DNA of 64,000 nucleotides from Gammaproteobacteria bacterium. Lineage in GTDB: Bacteria; Pseudomonadota; Gammaproteobacteria; JBCCGL01. Location of the stretch: positions 1,408,001-1,472,000 of the forward strand of contig OZ255836.1 of NCBI GenBank assembly GCA_965277715.1, written 5' to 3'. Below, piece after piece: positions 21,947-31,847 of the stretch (position 1 is the stretch's first letter; each line of letters begins with the position of its first letter). The translations under genes and the position numbers were made by a program. The notes below the pieces were generated by a model. That model saw nothing but the letters and a program-made list of their open reading frames with translations, had not been told where the DNA came from and did not search any database.

Positions 21947-22294
21947 TCAGGCGAGTTTTTCCTTGATGCGTGCTGCCTTGCCGGTCAGCCCGCGCAAGTA
22001 GTACAGCTTGGCACGGCGCACTTTACCCCGGCGTTTGACATCGATTTCGGCAACTAACGGACTATAGGTTTGAAATACGCGCTCAACCCCTTCACCGTGG
22101 GAAATTTTGCGCACAGTAAAGGCAGAGTTGATACCGCGATTACGCTTGGCGATTACCACCCCTTCAAATGCCTGCAAACGCTCACGCGTGCCCTCTTTAA
22201 CCCGCACCTGAACGACTACGGTATCACCCGGTGAGAAATCAGGGACTTGTTTGTCCATCTGCTGTGCGTCAATTTCGCTAATTAATGTACTCAT
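21947..22294 (-). CDS. rplS: 50S ribosomal protein L19
   Basis: [25 protein letters not shown] and RRAKLYYLR. Confidence 0.98.
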   Translation of the reverse strand: MSTLISEIDAQQMDKQVPDFSPGDTVVVQVRVKEGTRERLQAFEGVVIAKRNRGINSAFTVRKISHGEGVERVFQTYSPLVAEIDVKRRGKVRRAKLYYLRGLTGKAARIKEKLA

Positions 22295-22321
22295 CTATCA
22301 TTACTCCACGTTACTGTTGTC

Positions 22322-23086
22322 TCACTTGGCCATCTCATCTGGCCGGGAGATTGAATGCTGTTGTAACCAGGTATCCAGCAGGTGCTGATCGGTTTCACTT
22401 AGCACTGTGTGTGCAAGCAAATCCGGCCGTCGCAATGCCGTTCGTCCCAGTGACTGTTGGCGTCGCCAACGGGCGATAGCCGCGTGATCGCCGCTACGCA
22501 ATACATCGGGCACCACTCTATCCCCCACCTTATCGGGGCGCGTGTAGTGCGGGTAATCCAGCAATCCGTCGCTGAACGAATCCTGCTGCGCTGATTGCTC
22601 ATTACCCAGTGCACCATTTTGTAAACGGGCCACGGCTTCGATTATTACCATCGTTGCCAGTTCACCGCCGCTCAATACATAATCGCCGAGTGAAATTTCA
22701 CGATCAACCTCGGCTTCGATCAGGCGCTCATCAACCCCTTCATAACGTCCCGACACCAAAATCAGCGCCGACAAATGGGATAACTCCGCCGCAATCGACT
22801 GATCAAAGCGCTCCCCTTGCGGCGACAGGTATACAACCGGCGCAGAAGGCAGTGCACACCGGGCCGCTGCAATCGCACGCTGCAATGGCTCAAACTTCAT
22901 CACCATACCCGGCCCACCACCATAGGGCCGATCATCGACTGTACGGTGTACATCACCAGCGAAATCACGCGGGTTATGTGCATGTAGCGACACTAATCCA
23001 CGCGCCACTGCCCGACCGGTAACGCCGTACTGGCCAACGCTCAGAGCAAATTCAGGAAACAGCGTAACGGTATCAATGCGTATCAT
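22322..23086 (-). CDS. trmD: tRNA (guanine-N1)-methyltransferase
   Basis: [21 protein letters not shown] and [11 protein letters not shown]. Confidence 0.97.
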   Translation of the reverse strand: MIRIDTVTLFPEFALSVGQYGVTGRAVARGLVSLHAHNPRDFAGDVHRTVDDRPYGGGPGMVMKFEPLQRAIAAARCALPSAPVVYLSPQGERFDQSIAAELSHLSALILVSGRYEGVDERLIEAEVDREISLGDYVLSGGELATMVIIEAVARLQNGALGNEQSAQQDSFSDGLLDYPHYTRPDKVGDRVVPDVLRSGDHAAIARWRRQQSLGRTALRRPDLLAHTVLSETDQHLLDTWLQQHSISRPDEMAK

Positions 23087-23118
23087 CTGTTTACCCAGAA
23101 CTGTTTACCTAAAACGAC

Positions 23119-23628
23119 TCAAAAATCCGCACCCCAATCGACCGTGACGGTGCCAGACTGAAAATCAACTGCCTTTATAACATCACCCATAATCCATGGG
23201 ATCAGTCGCTCACGCCCGCCTTTGACGACAATCACATCATTGGCACCGGTATCAAAAACCCGTTTTATCGTGCCAAATGCATCACCACACAGGTTGACGA
23301 CATGCAGGCCTTGTAAATCGACCCAGTAGTATTGGCCATCGTTTAGCTCATCCAAGGCGTGCGCATCGACAGCAATATCAAAACCGATCAACGCTTCAGC
23401 GGCTTCACGGGTACTACAGTCGGCTAACTGTGCAATAATGCGCTTACCTTGCGGTTTAACTGAAACCACCTGTCGGGTGTGCCAGTCGTCCTGCTTACCC
23501 AACTGCCAACAGTCATAATTGCCAATGGCATCGCGTGGCTGGGTATCCGAGTGTATTTTCAACAACCCGCGCAGACCTGAAACCCCGACAACCTGCCCAA
23601 GGAGTATTCGCTCAGGCCGTTGACTCAT
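23119..23628 (-). CDS. rimM: Ribosome maturation factor RimM
   Basis: YYWVDLQG, TGANDV and ERLIP; operon position. Confidence 0.95.
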   Translation of the reverse strand: MSQRPERILLGQVVGVSGLRGLLKIHSDTQPRDAIGNYDCWQLGKQDDWHTRQVVSVKPQGKRIIAQLADCSTREAAEALIGFDIAVDAHALDELNDGQYYWVDLQGLHVVNLCGDAFGTIKRVFDTGANDVIVVKGGRERLIPWIMGDVIKAVDFQSGTVTVDWGADF

Positions 23629-23691
23629 CGCCTCCCCACTGATTTTTCAGTTATGGAAAACGGGGGGAAGTTGTGTTACGTCAGCGGTGAA

Positions 23692-23949
23692 TCAGGCGCT
23701 TTGCGCTTGTTTGCCCGCTTCTTTGACCAAACTGGCAACGCGGTCAGTTAGCTGTGCGCCCTGGCCTACCCAGTGATCGATGCGTGAATTGTCCAGGCGC
23801 AAACGCTCTTCCTGGCCACGCGCCATCGGGTTAAAGAAACCGACACGCTCCAGGTAGCGACCATCTCGGCGGTTGCGGCTATCGGTAACAACAACGTGGT
23901 AAAAAGGTTTCTTCTTGGCACCACCACGGGAAAGTCGAACTGTGACCAT
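23692..23949 (-). CDS. rpsP: 30S ribosomal protein S16
   Basis: [17 protein letters not shown] and [14 protein letters not shown]. Confidence 0.98.
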   Translation of the reverse strand: MVTVRLSRGGAKKKPFYHVVVTDSRNRRDGRYLERVGFFNPMARGQEERLRLDNSRIDHWVGQGAQLTDRVASLVKEAGKQAQSA

Positions 23950-24112
23950 GTATTACGTCCACTCAGTTAAAATACGCAGGCCGCACAGATGCGCGGCCCG
24001 AAAACCGGCGAATTCTACCGTATTTTGACCGTATGTGAAGTATTTTGTGCTATTTAATACACACCTTGTTACCATTGTTGGAATCTAGAAACAGCAACAC
24101 GGAAAAACACGC

Positions 24113-24700
24113 TTGAAAACCATTATCGGGCAATCACTTAACGCATCCCAACGCGCACTCGAACAGTTTTGTGGCAACCCACAGAATATTGAAGCCATCG
24201 AACAAGCTGCCAGGCTGTTAATCGACACGCTGGAAAACGGCCACTCCATCTACAGTTGTGGCAATGGCGGGTCGATGAGTGATGCTATGCACTTTGCCGA
24301 GGAACTCAGCGGCCGCTATAGAAAGAACCGACCAGGCTTATCTGCTCAGGCTATCAGCGATCCCGGCCATCTTAGTTGTGTCGCCAATGACTATGGTTAT
24401 GAGTATGTGTTTTCACGCTACCTGGAGGCAAACGCCCGGCCAGGCGATTGTCTGCTTGGCATCAGCACCAGTGGCAATAGCCACAATGTTATTAAAGCGG
24501 CAGAATATTCACGTGAAGAAGGTATCGCTGTGATTGGCCTGACGGGCAAACCCACTTCACCGTTTGGCGCGTTGACAACGGTCAATATCAGCACAATCGA
24601 TGGCACTTATGCCGATAGGGTTCAGGAGTTACATATCAAGGTTATTCATATTCTGATTGAGCTGATTGAGCGGCATTTTTTTCCTGAAAACTATTGTTAA
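24113..24700 (+). CDS. gmhA: D-sedoheptulose 7-phosphate isomerase
   Basis: CGNGGSMSDAMHFAEEL, VANDYGY, ISTSGNS and DRVQELHI. Confidence 0.9.
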   Translation: MKTIIGQSLNASQRALEQFCGNPQNIEAIEQAARLLIDTLENGHSIYSCGNGGSMSDAMHFAEELSGRYRKNRPGLSAQAISDPGHLSCVANDYGYEYVFSRYLEANARPGDCLLGISTSGNSHNVIKAAEYSREEGIAVIGLTGKPTSPFGALTTVNISTIDGTYADRVQELHIKVIHILIELIERHFFPENYC

Positions 24701-25090
24701 GGAACATACACGAAATAAACCTCGGGATTCGTGAATGCATCGATTTACCTTATAGCTGAGTTGGCTTAGCGTGTTATTAACACATAGCGCATTATTTAAA
24801 TAACATTTTTAAAGCGGAAATTATTTTGTGTACATTCCATAACGCCCTACGCTGCCTACATAAAAAATAGAGTAGGCGTTCGCCCGCTTTTATCAGTATT
24901 TGTATTTGCCTGTGATGCTATAGGGGTGTTGTATTTACTTGATATGCTGATTCCCAGTATATATAGAGCATAGGTTCACAATCAGTTTTCATCAGGCATA
25001 TTGCCAAGCTTGAGAAGCATACACCTACCCAATAGACTTACGATGTTTCATAATCGGGCACAAGCCATAGGCCAAGTAACAGGAAAGAAT

Positions 25091-25702
25091 ATGACCGCTA
25101 TTAAAACCCTTGAACAACTGCGTAATCTATACGCCGAACCAAAAGGTCGCACACTACAAAAACAACTCTCATCGCTAGACAAACACTGCAAACATTTCAT
25201 TTCCCTCTGCCGCTTTGTCGTTATTTCCAGTACAGCTAATAACGGTAATATGGACGCCTCACCACGCGGCGGTGGTTGTGGTTTTATCAAGGCCGTGGAC
25301 GATAATACACTGCTAATTCCCGACTGGGCGGGCAACAACCGGCTCGACAGTTACACAAATATTATCGATACCGGCAAGATTGGTCTGCTATTTATTATTG
25401 CAGGTATCGATGAAACACTGCGTGTTAACGGTGATGCCGAACTGCGCACTGATCTGTCACTGAGAAACCTGTGTTGCGAAAACAAACACCAGCCCAAACT
25501 GGTGATAAAGGTTGACATCAAAGAAGCCTATCTACATTGTGCAAAAGCATTTATGCGCTCAAAGCTATGGGACAGTAACGAATATATTGCACGCGACAAG
25601 TTACCCAGCATGGGGCAGATGATTAGCGACCAGATTAACCAGGACAGTCCAACGGAAACACAGCAGGAAATGGTTGAACGGTATGCAAAGCAACTTTATT
25701 AA
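25091..25702 (+). CDS. Pyridoxamine 5'-phosphate oxidase-family FMN-binding protein
   Basis: DASPRG, PDWAGNNRLDS, ETLRVNG and YLHCAKAFMRSKLW. AGGA RBS before ATG 25091. Confidence 0.85.
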   Translation: MTAIKTLEQLRNLYAEPKGRTLQKQLSSLDKHCKHFISLCRFVVISSTANNGNMDASPRGGGCGFIKAVDDNTLLIPDWAGNNRLDSYTNIIDTGKIGLLFIIAGIDETLRVNGDAELRTDLSLRNLCCENKHQPKLVIKVDIKEAYLHCAKAFMRSKLWDSNEYIARDKLPSMGQMISDQINQDSPTETQQEMVERYAKQLY

Positions 25703-25799
25703 AGTGGTTTCTTTACCTGTTGTCAGGCATATCTCTATGCCTGCCCCTTTCAGGGCTGGCGCGAAACAATGTTCCATACGTTTTTTCTCCTCGATAGCG

Positions 25800-25862
25800 C
25801 GCAAAAAATAGCTCAAACCGGCCTTTCCCTCGCTACGAACACCTAAACCCGACAGGCTCCCA
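25800..25862. repeat. Partial MITE-like terminal sequence
   Basis: CTAAACCCGACAGGCTCC preceded by GCTCAAACCGGCCTTTCCCTCGCTACG resembles (from memory) the ends of short gammaproteobacterial MITEs. No partner end was found. Confidence 0.35.
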
Positions 25863-25947
25863 GTACACCGTCTACCCCCGCATTAAGAAATACCCCTGAA
25901 CCTATTTACGCTAAAATACCGCCCCAAATCTACCGGGCAAACAAATA

Positions 25948-27240
25948 ATGCGTATACATTTACAATCGATCGGCTGTCGGCTCAATGAAGCCGAGCTGGA
26001 AAATTGGGCCGATCGGTTCCGCCGCGATAAGCACACGATTTCCCGCGTCGCCAGCGATGCCAATGTAATCGTCTTCAATACCTGCGCGGTTACCCAGCAG
26101 GCCGTGCGCAACTCCCGCCAGGCCATTCGCAAACTACAGCGCGAAACCCCCGACGCCAAGCTGGTGGTCAGTGGTTGCTACGCCTCACTGCAACCGGAAG
26201 AAGCCGCCGAACTGGGGGTGGATCTGGTTGTGCACAATAGCGATAAGGATCAACTGGTCGATATAGCCAACCGCGAGCTTGCCCTGCCAACCATGCCGGA
26301 AGCGGCCACCCTGCCCGCCGAGGCCTCGCTGTTTGCCCGTGGCCGTCAGCGCGCCTTTATCAAAATCCAGGACGGCTGCCGCTACCGCTGCACATTTTGC
26401 ATCGTTACCCTCGCACGGGGTGATGAGCGCAGCCGCCCCGTGGTTGAAATTGTCGATGAGATTAACCGTCTGGTCGATGCGGGCGTCAACGAGGCCGTGC
26501 TGACCGGTGTACATGTCGGTGGTTATGGCAGTGACCTGGACAGCGACCTCCAACAACTCATCGCCACTATCCTCCGCGAAACCGACCTGCCCAGATTGCG
26601 CTTAGCCTCGGTTGAGCCCTGGGATTTACCGGAGGATTTTTTCACGCTGTTTGAAAACCCACGCCTGATGCCGCATATGCACCTGCCCCTGCAAAGCGGC
26701 GCAGACAGTGTATTGCGGCGCATGGCGCGGCGCTGTAAAACCCATGACTTTCGCCAACTGGTCGAGCGCGCCCGCAACGCTATTCCCGGTTTTAACGTCA
26801 CGACGGATATTATTGTCGGTTTTCCCGGAGAAACCGAAGAAGAGTGGCGTGAAAGCCTCGATTACATTGCCTCAATAGGGTTTGGGCACTGCCATATTTT
26901 CAGCTATTCACCGCGCAATGGCACAAAAGCCGCTCGCCTGCCCAACCCTGTGCCCAAAGACACCAGAAAATCCCGCAGCCGGGCACTGCACGCATTGTCA
27001 GAAAAAATGAAACAGGATACCTTTCAACACCACCTCAACCAGCACGCCACTGTATTGATTGAAGGTGATGGTGAGGCAGGCGAAAACGGCAATACCTGTT
27101 ATCAGGGGTATACGCCTAACTATTTGCGTGTCCAGGTTGAAACGAGCGCGAAACACTCGCTGTGCAACCAACTGGTGCCGGTTCAACTGGTATCGATCAG
27201 CGACGATGGCACTTATATCCACGCTGTTGAGAAACACTGA
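25948..27240 (+). CDS. mtaB: tRNA methylthiotransferase, MtaB-type (radical SAM)
   Basis: GCRLN, NTCAVT, SGCYA, KIQDGCRYRCTFC, HLPLQSG and TDIIVGFPGET. Confidence 0.85.
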   Translation: MRIHLQSIGCRLNEAELENWADRFRRDKHTISRVASDANVIVFNTCAVTQQAVRNSRQAIRKLQRETPDAKLVVSGCYASLQPEEAAELGVDLVVHNSDKDQLVDIANRELALPTMPEAATLPAEASLFARGRQRAFIKIQDGCRYRCTFCIVTLARGDERSRPVVEIVDEINRLVDAGVNEAVLTGVHVGGYGSDLDSDLQQLIATILRETDLPRLRLASVEPWDLPEDFFTLFENPRLMPHMHLPLQSGADSVLRRMARRCKTHDFRQLVERARNAIPGFNVTTDIIVGFPGETEEEWRESLDYIASIGFGHCHIFSYSPRNGTKAARLPNPVPKDTRKSRSRALHALSEKMKQDTFQHHLNQHATVLIEGDGEAGENGNTCYQGYTPNYLRVQVETSAKHSLCNQLVPVQLVSISDDGTYIHAVEKH

Positions 27241-27274
27241 CAATGACCCGAAAACAATTACCGGAGCGCCACTA

Positions 27275-29332
27275 ATGCCACGTAACCCACGCTACGATAT
27301 ATTGTTTGAGCCGGTCAAAATCGGGCCGGTGACCGCCCCTAACCGCTTCTACCAAACCCCACACGCCTCGGGTATGGGTTCGATGAAACCCAACAGCTCC
27401 GCCGCACTGCGCGGTATCAAAGCCGAGGGAGGCTGGGGGGTAGTCTGTGCAGAATACTGTTCTATCCACCCGAGTTCAGATGATGCCCCCTATGCGTATC
27501 TCACCCTGTGGGACGACCAGGACATACCCGCGCTGTCACTGATCAGCGAGGCGATCCATGCCCACGGTTCGCTGGCGGGTGTGGAGCTGTGGCACGGCGG
27601 TGTGCACGCCAATAATCGCGAAACCCGCGAGACAATGCTCGCCCCCGTGGCAGGCGCTGCCGAGTACATTCAACCCGCCCAGGTGCGGGCGATGGAAAAA
27701 AGTGATATCGCCCACTTTCGCCAATGGCACCGGGACGCCGCCCTGCGCGCCAGGCAGGCGGGGTTTGATATCGTTTACGTTTACGCGGGCCACGATTACC
27801 TGCCCTTTCAATTCTTATCCCCCCGATATAACCAACGCCACGACGAATACGGCGGCCCGCTGGAAAACCGCGCCCGCCTGTTGCGCGAACTAATCGAAGA
27901 CACCCACGAAGCCGTTGGCGACCGGTGCGCCGTGGCGGTGCGTTTGGCTATCGATGAACTGCACGGTGAACAGGGCATCACCAGCCAGGGTGACGGCAGG
28001 GAGATTATCGAATACCTCGCCGACCTGCCGGATCTCTGGGATATTGCGCTGGGCGGCGGGCTGGGTAACGATTCGCGCAGCTCACGCTTTTCTGCTGAAG
28101 GCTATCAGGAACAGTACGCCGGGTTTGTCAAAGGACTCACATCCAAACCGGTAGTCAGCGTCGGGCGCTTCACTTCGCCGGACACCATGTTGTCACAAAT
28201 CAAACGAGGAGTGCAGGACTTTATCGGCGCGGCGCGGCCCTCGATTGCCGATCCGTTTCTGCCCAATAAGATAAACCAGGGGCGAGAAGACGAAATCCGT
28301 GAGTGCATCGGTTGCAATATCTGCCGCTCGGCCAACAACGAGGGTGTCTCCCTGCGCTGCACACAAAACCCCACAATGGGTGAAGAGTGGCGGCGTGGCT
28401 GGCACCCTGAAAAAATCCCCACCCGGCACCGGGATGCCAGCGTATTGGTCGTCGGTGGTGGCCCCGCTGGCTTAGAGGCAACCCTGGCACTGGGGCAGCG
28501 CGGTTACCGGGTGACCCTCGCCGAAGCCAGCGATGCACTCGGCGGTCGGGTAATCAATGAATCCAGCCTGCCCGGCCTGCAAAACTGGATACGGGTACGC
28601 GACTACCGCACACAACGTATCCAGCAAATGGCCAATGTCGGTATCTACCTGCAAAGCGAACTCAGTGCGGCGGATGTTAACGAATTCAACGCCGACCACA
28701 TCGTCATTGCCACCGGCAGCGAATGGCGACGCGACGCTGTGGGGGCCAACACGCTGGCCCCCATACCCGTATCACCCACCGCCCGTGTACTGACACCCGG
28801 GGATATTTTTGCCGGTGTTCACTTACAGGGAAATGTATTGATTTACGACGACGAACACTACTTTATGGCGGGCGCACTGGCCGAACGGTGCCTGTTGGCA
28901 GGACACGCAGTCACCTACCTCAGCCCGGCGACCATGATCTCCAGTTGGACAGTGATGACCGATGAACAGGGGTTTATCCAAACCCGCCTGATGTCGCTCG
29001 GTATCAATACCGTGTTTGCACAAAAGGCCTGCCGTATCGACGAGAGCACACTGCACACCGCGTGCATGCACACAGGGCAACGCGCCACCCATGCCTTTGA
29101 TAACATCATAATGGTTACCTGCCGACAGCCCAACGCGGGATTATACGACGCACTCAGTGATCAGAATGCCGTGCGCATTGGCGATTGCCTGGCACCTTCC
29201 AGCATCGCCGATGCCATTTATGCCGGCCATAAGTTCGCCCGCGAGTTGGGTGCAGACACGCACAGCACCTACCCAAGGCGGGAGCGCCCATTACTGCACA
29301 TGTCGACTGCAAGCTGCCACACAGGGGATTGA
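27275..29332 (+). CDS. Trimethylamine/histamine dehydrogenase-family FMN/4Fe-4S oxidoreductase
   Basis: DILFEPVKIGP...NRFYQ.PH, KAEGGW, EYCSI, RPSIADPFLP, CIGCNIC...CTQNPTMGEEWRRGWHPE and VVGGGPAG. Confidence 0.9.
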   Translation: MPRNPRYDILFEPVKIGPVTAPNRFYQTPHASGMGSMKPNSSAALRGIKAEGGWGVVCAEYCSIHPSSDDAPYAYLTLWDDQDIPALSLISEAIHAHGSLAGVELWHGGVHANNRETRETMLAPVAGAAEYIQPAQVRAMEKSDIAHFRQWHRDAALRARQAGFDIVYVYAGHDYLPFQFLSPRYNQRHDEYGGPLENRARLLRELIEDTHEAVGDRCAVAVRLAIDELHGEQGITSQGDGREIIEYLADLPDLWDIALGGGLGNDSRSSRFSAEGYQEQYAGFVKGLTSKPVVSVGRFTSPDTMLSQIKRGVQDFIGAARPSIADPFLPNKINQGREDEIRECIGCNICRSANNEGVSLRCTQNPTMGEEWRRGWHPEKIPTRHRDASVLVVGGGPAGLEATLALGQRGYRVTLAEASDALGGRVINESSLPGLQNWIRVRDYRTQRIQQMANVGIYLQSELSAADVNEFNADHIVIATGSEWRRDAVGANTLAPIPVSPTARVLTPGDIFAGVHLQGNVLIYDDEHYFMAGALAERCLLAGHAVTYLSPATMISSWTVMTDEQGFIQTRLMSLGINTVFAQKACRIDESTLHTACMHTGQRATHAFDNIIMVTCRQPNAGLYDALSDQNAVRIGDCLAPSSIADAIYAGHKFARELGADTHSTYPRRERPLLHMSTASCHTGD

Positions 29333-29334
29333 CG

Positions 29335-30861
29335 ATGAGTGAGAAAACACGCCGACGGCCAGCACGCCAGGCCCGCACCACGGGCGCACTGATACAACCC
29401 GCGTGGCAGCCCATTCACTACCAACGCCCGGCATTTGCACTGCTGAACGACGACGAAATCGAACACATTCACACCACTGCACTATCGATACTGCAGGAAG
29501 TGGGCATGGCCGTGCTGTCACCCGAGGCGCGCAAACGCTTTGCCCGTGCCGGGTTTGCTGTGGACGACAGCACACAACGCGTTCGCTTTGATGCAGAAAT
29601 GATTGAAGCACTACTGGCATTGGCACCCACCTCCTTCACCCTGCACGCCAGAAACCCACACAAACACATTAAAATTGGCGACGGCTTTGCCGCATTTTCC
29701 TCTGTCGGTGGCCCCGCTTATGTGATGGACAGTGACAAGGGGCGGCGCAACGGCAGCTATGCGGAAATGTGCGATTTTCTCCGCCTGGTGCAAAGCCTCG
29801 ACATCCTCCACCAGGAAGGTGGCGGTGGTTTTGAAGCCCTCGACTTGCCCGCCGCCAGCCGCCACCTCGACCTCTACTATGCGCAGTGCACCCTGCTCGA
29901 TAAGAACTGGCAGCCGTGGGGCATAGGCCACGAACAGGCGATGGATGCCATTCAAATGGCCGCTATCATGCTCGGCAAAACACCGCATGAGCTGATCGAT
30001 ACACCTGTATTTAGCTGCGTCATCAACACCAACTCCCCGCTGCAACTGGATATCCCTATGGCGGCGGGGTTAATCACAATGGCAGAGTTTGGCCAGGCGG
30101 TCATCGTCACACCGTTTACCTTATCCGGGGCCATGTCACCCGTCACAATCGCGGGCGCCCTGGCACAACAGCACGCCGAGGCGATGGCGGGGATTGCCCT
30201 GACACAAATCGTACGGCCCGGTGCACCGATTATCTACGGTGGCTTCACCTCCAATGTCGATATGAAAACCGGCTCACCCGCCTTCGGCACGCCGGAGTAC
30301 GTACAGGCGGCACAGGCCTCCGGGCAACTTGCGCGCCGCCTCAAACTGCCGTTTCGCTCCAGTAATGTAACGGCGGCCAACTGCCCGGATGCCCAGGCTA
30401 CCTATGAAAGCAGTATGTCGCTATGGGGGGCCATCAGTGGCCAGGCCAACCTGATTATGCACGCCGCCGGTTGGTTGCACGGCGGTCTGACTGCCTCCCT
30501 GGAAAAGCTTATTATCGATGCCGAAATGTTGCAAATGATGGCGGCGTATTGTCAACCGCTTGTAGTGAACACCGATACGCTGGCATTGGATGCCGTTAAA
30601 GAAGTCGGCCCTGCCGGGCATTTTTTTGCTGCGACACATACGATGCAACGCTACCAACAGGCGTTTTACTCCCCCCTGCTGTCTAACTGGGACAACTATG
30701 AAAGCTGGCTGGAGCGCGGTGCCGTCAACAGCGAACAGCGGGCTAACCAGATATGGAAACAGCTACTGCTTGAATACCAGCAGCCCGCAATTGATCCGGC
30801 CATTGATGAAGGCTTGCGTGATTATGTTGCGCGGCGTAAACGCGAAATGGGGGAAAGTTAG
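29335..30861 (+). CDS. MttB-family (trimethylamine/betaine) methyltransferase, no pyrrolysine
   Basis: INTNSPL, PFTLSGAMSPVT, GGFTSNVDMKTGSPAFGTPE, HAAGWLHGGL and EVGPAGHF. No in-frame amber codon. Confidence 0.9.
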   Translation: MSEKTRRRPARQARTTGALIQPAWQPIHYQRPAFALLNDDEIEHIHTTALSILQEVGMAVLSPEARKRFARAGFAVDDSTQRVRFDAEMIEALLALAPTSFTLHARNPHKHIKIGDGFAAFSSVGGPAYVMDSDKGRRNGSYAEMCDFLRLVQSLDILHQEGGGGFEALDLPAASRHLDLYYAQCTLLDKNWQPWGIGHEQAMDAIQMAAIMLGKTPHELIDTPVFSCVINTNSPLQLDIPMAAGLITMAEFGQAVIVTPFTLSGAMSPVTIAGALAQQHAEAMAGIALTQIVRPGAPIIYGGFTSNVDMKTGSPAFGTPEYVQAAQASGQLARRLKLPFRSSNVTAANCPDAQATYESSMSLWGAISGQANLIMHAAGWLHGGLTASLEKLIIDAEMLQMMAAYCQPLVVNTDTLALDAVKEVGPAGHFFAATHTMQRYQQAFYSPLLSNWDNYESWLERGAVNSEQRANQIWKQLLLEYQQPAIDPAIDEGLRDYVARRKREMGES

Positions 30862-30866
30862 CGCAG

Positions 30867-31796
30867 TCATCCAGACAAATGCTGCGGCGGCGCCCCCAGG
30901 CTCTCCCCCAGCATGCGCTCGCGGTGGCTGACGATACGCTCAGCAATTTCATTGATAACCGTGGTCAACCACATAAAAGTCTGCGCGCCTTCCCGGTAAT
31001 CTGCCGGGCCAATCGCCTGAACCCGTTTTTGCTGTTGCAGTTCATAAACCTGCCTGAATTCAGGGTCATCACCCGGCTTATAGACCGCATAGGTTTTGCC
31101 ACCGTTGCGATTGAGTAGCGAGAATACCGGCACATCAGAAGGGCCGTCGGCGAGGTAAATCATATTGGCAAACGGAATGCGCCGCTCGGTATCGTCCATC
31201 GCCGAGTTAACGTCGATAGCCCCATGCTTATTGGCACCTTTATTAATTTCAAATAAAGCGCGGGTTTTGCTGGTATTGTCTAACACATACCCCAGCTTAG
31301 TCAGCTTGCGATCACCCTCCTCGCCTTGCTCCAGCAATTCACACCCCCAGACACCCTCCACATACTGCGCAACGGCACTGCCGAGAATCATCTGCCGCAG
31401 ACCTGTGCTGACAACATAGTGCTCAACCTTAATACCGTGCTGTTGAAACGCCTCAACCTGCATAACCTCATGTTCGATAGCGGCAAACAGCTCGGGAATC
31501 CCCGGATAAAAAACCAACGACTTACCGAGGGTCTTCAACAGCGCATTGTCCAGATGCGCAAAGCGCCCATCGGCAACATAGTCCAAAATATGGTTTAGGT
31601 AGTGAATTTCCGTGGTCACCATCTCGACACCGCCTTGCCGATAAGCCGATTTCAAGTTATTCACCTCGCCCCAGAACGCTTTTTCATCAATGCCAAAATG
31701 CTTGAAAATCGGTTCCTGCATATAACCGGGAATCAAGGTTTTATCAAAATCCCAGACAACCGCTATATCAGTTTGTGTAAACAATTGATTACTCAT
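30867..31796 (-). CDS. HAD-superfamily hydrolase
   Basis: Motif I WDFDKTL, motif II VVSTG and motif IV YLADGPSDVP. Confidence 0.8.
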   Translation of the reverse strand: MSNQLFTQTDIAVVWDFDKTLIPGYMQEPIFKHFGIDEKAFWGEVNNLKSAYRQGGVEMVTTEIHYLNHILDYVADGRFAHLDNALLKTLGKSLVFYPGIPELFAAIEHEVMQVEAFQQHGIKVEHYVVSTGLRQMILGSAVAQYVEGVWGCELLEQGEEGDRKLTKLGYVLDNTSKTRALFEINKGANKHGAIDVNSAMDDTERRIPFANMIYLADGPSDVPVFSLLNRNGGKTYAVYKPGDDPEFRQVYELQQQKRVQAIGPADYREGAQTFMWLTTVINEIAERIVSHRERMLGESLGAPPQHLSG

Positions 31797-31847
31797 GCAA
31801 TTTCACTCCTATACAAGAGGGTAAAGAGGGCGCCGGAAAACGAGGGC

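Noticed and set aside
24701-25090. Possible gene or RNA between gmhA and the FMN-binding gene
   Set aside because: AT-rich, with no credible ORF or stable structure visible.
29329-30861. Pyrrolysine readthrough in MttB
   Set aside because: No internal TAG. The terminal TAG falls at full family length, and no pyl genes are in the window.
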